Shown piece by piece: positions 56,930 to 64,000 of a stretch of DNA of 64,000 bases. The notes under the pieces are model-generated. The model did no database searches. It was given only the letters and a program-made list of their open reading frames with translations, and had not been told where the DNA came from. Source of the DNA: the human T2T-CHM13v2.0 reference genome, Homo sapiens. Within the stretch, counting starts at the first letter, position 1, and the number at the start of each line of letters is the position of its first letter. Location: assembly GCF_009914755.1 (NCBI RefSeq), contig NC_060948.1, one strand, 5' to 3'. The position numbers and the translations under genes were made by a program.

Positions 56930-59900
56930 AATCGAATGGCAAGAAATCGAATGTAATGGAATCGCAAAGAATTGATGTGAACGGAAGGGAATGGAATGGA
57001 ATCCAAAGGAATGGAATAGAATGGAATGGAATCGAATGGAAAGGACTCGAATGGAAATCACTGGAATAGAATGCAATTTAATAAAATAGGATCAAATGTA
57101 ATGGAATGGAATGGAAAGGAATCGAAACGAAAGGAATGGAGACAGATGGAATGGAATAGAACAGAGAGCAATGGTATAGAATGGAATGGAATCATCTGGA
57201 ATGGAATTGAATGGAATGGAATAATATGAAATGGAATGGAATGGAATGGAATGGAATGCCCTTGAATTAAATGGACTGGAATGGAATGGACTCGAACAGA
57301 GTGGAATGGAAAGTGTTGAGATAGAATGGAATGGACTCGTTTGGAATGGTCTAGTATGCAATGCAATCGACTGGCAGGGAATCAAAAGGAATGTAATCGA
57401 ATGGATTGGACTGGAATGCAATGGACTCGAATAGATTGCAAACGGAATGCAAAGGAATGGAATGGAATAGTATGGAATGGAATGGAAAGGAATGGAGTGG
57501 AATAGACTAGAGTGGAATGGAATGGACTGGAAAGCAATGGACTGGAATGGAACTTTCTTGAATGGACTGGAATCAAACGGAATGGAATGCAATGCAATCA
57601 AATGGCATGGAATAAAATAGAATGAAAGAGAATCAAATGGAATTGAATCGAATGGAATCGAATGGATTGGAAAGGAATAGAATGGAATGGAATGGAATTG
57701 ACTCAAATGGAATGGACTAGAATGGAATGGATTCGAATGGAAGGCAAAGGAATGGAATCTATTGGAATGGACTGTAATGGAATGGAATGGAAGGGATTGG
57801 AATGGACTCGAATGGAATGGACTGCAATAGAAAGGATTCGAATGGAATGAAAAAGAATTGAATGGAATAGAACAGAATGGAATCAAATCGAATGAAATGG
57901 AATGGAATAGAAAGGAATGGAATGAAATGGAATGGAAAGGATTCGAATGGAATGCAATCGAATGGAATGGAATCGAACGGAATGGAATAAAATGGAAGAA
58001 AACTGGCAAGAAATGGAATCGAAATGAATGGAGTGTTATGGAACGGACTCAAAAGGAATTGAATGTAATAGAATGGAGTGGAGTGGACTCGAATATAATG
58101 GACTGGAATGGAATGAAATCACATGGAATGGGAACGAATGGAATGGAATGGAAAGGAATGGAATCGAATGGAAAGGAATCGAATGGAAGGGAATGAAATT
58201 GAATCAACAGGAATGGAAGGGAATAGAATAGACGGTAATGGAATGGACTCGAATAGAATGGACACGAATGCTCAAATTGAATGGACTCGAATGGAATGGA
58301 AACGAAAGGAATGTCATCGAATGGAATTGAATCGATTGGAATGAAATCGCATAGAATGGAGTGGAATCAAATGGAATTGAATCGAAAGGAAAGGAAGCGA
58401 ATGGACTGAAATGAAATGGAATGGAATTGAATGGAAAGTAATGCAATGGAATAGAATGGAACGAAATTTCACGGAATGGAATCAAACTGAATGGAATCAA
58501 ATCAATGGAATCTAATCAAATGGAATGGAAAGGAATTGAATGGAGTAGATTGGATTGGATGGGATTGGAATGAAATGTACTGGAAAGGACTCGAATTTCA
58601 TGAAACGGAATGGAATGAATTGGAACGGAATGGACTCGAATGGAATGGAATGTCATGGAATGGCATCAAATGGAATGGCATCAAATGGAATGGAATCGAA
58701 TGCAATGGAATGCTATGGAATGGAATGGAATGCATTGGAATGGAATGTCCTCTAATGGAATGGATTCGAGTGGAATGGAATCGAATATAATGGAGTCGAA
58801 TGAAATGGAATTGAAAGGAATGGGATCGAATAGAATGGAATATACTGAAATGTAATGTAATGAACTCGAATATAATTGACTGGAATGGAATGTACATGAA
58901 TGGAATGTAATCGAATGGAAAGTAATCCAATGGAATAGAATCTAATGCAATAAAACCGACTCAGATAGAGTAGAATGTAATGGAATGGAGTGCAGTGCAA
59001 TGGAATGGAATGGAATTGAATGCAATGGAATGGAATGGAATGGAATGGAATGGAATGGAATGGAATGGAATGGGATGGAATGGTATGGAATGGATAGTAA
59101 TGGACTGGAGTGAAATGGACTGGAAAGGAATGGACTCAAATTGAAAGGGCTCGAAAGGAATGGAGTCAAATGGAATGGTCTGGAATGGAATGAACACGAG
59201 TGTAATGCAATCCAATAGAATGGAAACGAATGACATGGAATATAAAGAAATGGAATCGAAGAGAATGGAAACAAATGGAATGGAATTGAATGGAATGGAA
59301 TTGAATGGAATGGGAACGAATGGAGTGAAATTGTATGCAGTAGAAGGGAATAGAATGGAATGCAAGCGAAAGGAAAGGAATGGATTGGAATGGAATGGAA
59401 TTCATTGGAATGGAAGGGAATGTAGTGTAATGGACAGGCCTGGAATAAAGTGGAATGCTACGGTCTCGAATGGAATAAAAATGTATGGAATGGAATGCAA
59501 TGAAACGGAATCGAATGTCATAGAATGTAATGGAATGCAACAAAATGGAATCCAAAATCATTGACTGGAAAGGCTGGATGTCGAAAGGAATTGACTCCAA
59601 TGGAATGGAATCGAATGGAATGGAAGTGAATAGAATCGAACTAAATCGAATGGAATGGAATTGATAGGAACGGAATGGAAAGGAATGCAATGATTTGGCA
59701 TGGAATGGAATCGAATGGCATCGAATGGAATGGAATGGAATGCAATGGAATGGAATGTATTAGAATGTAATGAACTTTAATGGAATGTACTCGAATGGAT
59801 TCGACTGGAATGGAATGTTCTGGAAGTGAATGGACTCCAATGGAATGGATTCAAAAGGAATGGAATCGTACGGAATGGAATCTAATGGAATGGAATTAAA

Positions 59901-60498
59901 TGGAAATGAATCAAATTGAATAGCACGGAATTGAATTGAATGGAATCGAATGCAATGGAATCTAATGAAACGGAAAGGAAAGGAATGCAATGGAATGGAA
60001 TGGGCTGGAATGGAAAGGAATCGAAACGAATGGAATGGAATCGAACTGAAGAGACTGGAATGGAATGCACTGGAATGGAAGGGAGTGTAATGGAAGGTTC
60101 TCGAAAAAAATGGAATCGAATGGAATGGAATTGAATGGAACGGAATAGAGTCGAATGGAATTGAATGGAATGGAATGGACTAGAGTGAAATGGAATCGAA
60201 CCACAAGGAATGGAGAGGAATAGAATGGTCTCGAATTGAATGGAATCGTATGGAATGGCATCAAACGGAATGGAATGGACAGCCACGGAATGGAATGCAC
60301 TCGAATGCAATGGAGTCGAAACTAATGGACTGGAATAGAATGGACTCGACTGGTACGGACTCCAATGGAAGGGAATCGAATGGAAGGGAATCGAACGGAA
60401 TGGACTCGAAGGGAAAAGACTGCAATGGAAAGGTCTCGAATGGAATGGAAATTAATGGAATGGAATGGAATCGAATGAAATGGAGTCAAAAGGAATGG
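56930..60498 (+). repeat. DYZ1 unit 17 (3569 bp), right-hand type
   Basis: Anchor ORF at 57026; gactcgtttgg, cacgagtg, gaaacgaatgacatgg. Confidence 0.88.
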
Positions 60499-63400
60499 AA
60501 TCGAATGGCAAGAAATCGAATGTAATGGAATCGCAAGGAATTGATGTGAACGGAACGGAATGGAATGGAATCCAAAGGAATGGAATAGAATGGAATGGAA
60601 TCGAATGGAAAGGACTCGAATGGAAATCACTGGAATAGAATGCAATTTAATAAAATAGGATCAAATGTAATGGAATGGAATGGAAAGGAATCGAAACGAA
60701 AGGAATGGAGACAGATGGAATGGAATAGAACAGAGAGCAATGGTATAGAATGGAATGGAATCATCTGGAATGGAATTGAATGGAATGGAATAATATGAAA
60801 TGGAATGGAATGGAATGGAATGGAATGCCCTTGAATTAAATGGACTGGAATGGAATGGACTCGAACAGAGTGGAATGGAAAGTGTTGAGATAGAATGGAA
60901 TGGACTCGTTTGGAATGGTCTAGTATGCAATGCAATCGACTGGCAGGGAATCAAAAGGAATGTAATCGAATGGATTGGACTGGAATGCAATGGACTCGAA
61001 TAGATTGCAAACGGAATGCAAAGGAATGGAATGGAATAGTATGGAATGGAATGGAAAGGAATGGAGTGGAATAGACTAGAGTGGAATGGAATGGACTGGA
61101 AAGCAATGGACTGGAATGGAACTTTCTTGAATGGACTGGAATCAAACGGAATGGAATGCAATGCAATCAAATGGCATGGAATAAAATAGAATGAAAGAGA
61201 ATCAAATGGAATTGAATCGAATGGAATCGAATGGATTGGAAAGGAATAGAATGGAATGGAATGGAATGGACTAGAATGGAATGGATTCGAATGGAAGGCA
61301 AAGGAATGGAATCTATTGGAATGGACTGTAATGGAATGGAATGGAAGGGATTGGAATGGACTCGAATGGAATGGACTGCAATAGAAAGGATTCGAATGGA
61401 ATGAAAAAGAATTGAATGGAATAGAACAGAATGGAATCAAATCGAATGAAATGGAATGGAATAGAAAGGAATGGAATGAAATGGAATGGAAAGGATTCGA
61501 ATGGAATGCAATCGAATGGAATGGAATCGAACGGAATGGAATAAAATGGAAGAAAACTGGCAAGAAATGGAATCGAAATGAATGGAGTGTTATGGAACGG
61601 ACTCAAAAGGAATTGAATGTAATAGAATGGAGTGGAGTGGACTCGAATATAATGGACTGGAATGGAATGAAATCACATGGAATGGGAACGAATGGAATGG
61701 AATGGAAAGGAATGGAATCGAATGGAAAGGAATCGAATGGAAGGGAATGAAATTGAATCAACAGGAATGGAAGGGAATAGAATAGACGGTAATGGAATGG
61801 ACTCGAATAGAATGGACACGAATGCTCAAATTGAATGGACTCGAATGGAATGGAAACGAAAGGAATGTCATCGAATGGAATTGAATCGATTGGAATGAAA
61901 TCGCATAGAATGGAGTGGAATCAAATGGAATTGAATCGAAAGGAAAGGAAGCGAATGGACTGAAATGAAATGGAATGGAATTGAATGGAAAGTAATGCAA
62001 TGGAATAGAATGGAACGAAATTTCAAGGAATGGAATCAAACTGAATGGAATCAAATCAATGGAATCTAATCAAATGGAATGGAAAGGAATTGAATGGAGT
62101 AGATTGGATTGGATGGGATTGGAATGAAATGTACTGGAAAGGACTCGAATTTCATGAAACGGAATGGAATGAATTGGAACGGAATGGACTCGAATGGAAT
62201 GGAATGTCATGGAATGGCATCAAATGGAATGGCATCAAACGGAATGGAATCGAATGCAATGGAATGCTATGGAATGGAATGGAATGCATTGGAATGGAAT
62301 GTCCTCTAATGGAATGGATTCGAGTGGAATGGAATCGAATATAATGGAGTCGAATGAAATGGAATTGAAAGGAATGGGATCGAATAGAATGGAATATACT
62401 GAAATGTAATGTAATGAACTCGAATATAATTGACTGGAATGGAATGTACATGAATGGAATGTAATCGAATGGAAAGTAATCCAATGGAATAGAATCTAAT
62501 GCAATATAACCGACTCAGATAGAGTAGAATGTAATGGAATGGAGTGCAGTGCAATGGAATGGAATGGAATTGAATGCAATGGAATGGAATGGAATGGAAT
62601 GGAATGGAATGGAATGGAATGGAATGGGATGGAATGGTATGGAATGGATAGTAATGGACTGGAGTGAAATGGACTGGAAAGGAATGGACTCAAATTGAAA
62701 GGGCTCGAAAGGAATGGAGTCAAATGGAATGGTCTGGAATGGAATGAACACGAGTGTAATGCAATCCAATAGAATGGAAACGAATGACATGGAATATAAA
62801 GAAATGGAATCGAAGAGAATGGAAACAAATGGAATGGAATTGAATGGAATGGAATTGAATGGAATGGGAACGAATGGAGTGAAATTGTATGCAGTAGAAG
62901 GGAATAGAATGGAATGCAAGCGAAAGGAAAGGAATGGATTGGAATGGAATGGAATTCATTGGAATGGAAGGGAATGTAGTGTAATGGACAGGCCTGGAAT
63001 AAAGTGGAATGCTACGGTCTCGAATGGAATAAAAATGTATGGAATGGAATGCAATGAAACGGAATCGAATGTCATAGAATGTAATGGAATGCAACAAAAT
63101 GGAATCCAAAATCATTGACTGGAAAGGCTGGGTGTCGAAAGGAATTGACTCCAATGGAATGGAATCGAATGGAATGGAAGTGAATAGAATGGAACTAAAT
63201 CGAATGGAATGGAATTGATAGGAACGGAATGGAAAGGAATGCAATGATTTGGCATGGAATGGAATCGAATGGCATCGAATGGAATGGAATGGAATGCAAT
63301 GGAATGGAATGTATTAGAATGTAATGAACTTTAATGGAATGTACTCGAATGGATTCGACTGGAATGGAATGTTCTGGAAGTGAATGGACTCCAATGGAAT

Positions 63401-64000
63401 GGATTCAAAGGAATGGAATCGTACGGAATGGAATCTAATGGAATGGAATTAAATGGAAATGAATCAAATTGAATAGCACGGAATTGAATTGAATGGAATC
63501 GAATGCAATGGAATCTAATGAAACGGAAAGGAAAGGAATGCAATGGAATGGAATGGGCTGGAATGGAAAGGAATCGAAACGAATGGAATGGAATCGAACT
63601 GAAGAGACTGGAATGGAATGCACTGGAATGGAAGGGAGTGTAATGGAAGGTTCTCGAAAAAAATGGAATCGAATGGAATGGAATTGAATGGAACGGAATA
63701 GAGTCGAATGGAATTGAATGGAATGGAATGGACTAGAGTGAAATGGAATCGAACCACAAGGAATGGAGAGGAATAGAATGGTCTCGAATTGAATGGAATC
63801 GTATGGAATGGCATCAAACGGAATGGAATGGACAGCCACGGAATGGAATGCACTCGAATGCAATGGAGTCGAAACTAATGGACTGGAATAGAATGGACTC
63901 GACTGGTACGGACTCCAATGGAAGGGAATCGAATGGAAGGGAATCGAACGGAATGGACTCGAAGGGAAAAGACTGCAATGGAAAGGTCTCGAATGGAATG
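60499..64000 (+). repeat. DYZ1 unit 18 (nearly complete, cut by window end), right-hand type, 15-bp and 1-bp deletions
   Basis: Anchor ORF at 60595; deletion near 61265; ggattcaaag at 63401. Confidence 0.88.

Larger units (their letters stand above)
1..64000 (+). repeat. DYZ1: Human Satellite III array, DYZ1 (HSat3A6, Yq12 heterochromatin); ~18 tandem copies of a ~3.56-kb unit, GGAAT strand on +
   Basis: Degenerate GGAAT pentamers throughout. The ORF track repeats with a period of 3544-3575 bp (anchor ORF at 97, 3656, 7210, 10769, 17857, 21421 etc.). One GAATTC (2459-2464) and one AGGCCT (2497-2502) occur per unit, matching the classic 3.4-kb HaeIII / 3564-bp EcoRI Y repeat (established knowledge). 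Confidence 0.97.

Noticed and set aside
97-63863. Plus-strand MEWNG-repeat ORFs
   Set aside because: These are direct translations of (GGAAT)n. They overlap in all frames and are frameshifted freely by 5-bp tract changes.
1-64000. CRISPR-like or other prokaryotic repeat-spacer system
   Set aside because: No unique spacers, no leader and no cas-like genes; the variation is point divergence within a eukaryotic satellite.
1-64000. HSat2, the chr9 HSat3 array, DYZ2/HSat1B-Alu blocks, L1/Alu insertions or an inversion breakpoint
   Set aside because: The 3.56-kb period and diagnostic segment fit DYZ1. There is no AT-rich DYZ2 or Alu sequence, no non-pentamer insert and no switch to CATTC on the + strand.

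Overview
The whole 64-kb window is one uninterrupted, single-orientation tandem array of human Satellite III, (GGAAT)n on the + strand, organised as a ~3.56-kb higher-order unit. Each unit carries one EcoRI site and one HaeIII/StuI site, which identifies it as the Y-chromosome Yq12 DYZ1 repeat (HSat3A6). About 18 units are present, starting at 1, 3560, 7114, 10673, 14217, 17761, 21325, 24879, 28454, 32013, 35567, 39136, 42695, 46264, 49808, 53371, 56930 and 60499 (lengths 3544-3575 bp). I see no genes, RNA genes, transposons, CRISPR arrays, DYZ2 sequence or inversions; all listed ORFs are translation artefacts of the pentamer. I found no new protein-coding system. The structure worth a second look is inside the array: three perfect heat-shock elements per unit, an A/B dimer block on the left, a mosaic middle with non-adjacent sister units, a homogenised block on the right, one VNTR-like pure pentamer tract that explains most unit-length variation, a recurrent 15-bp deletion site, and three separate GG>TT doublet substitutions. 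All variant calls were made by eye and need confirmation by alignment.
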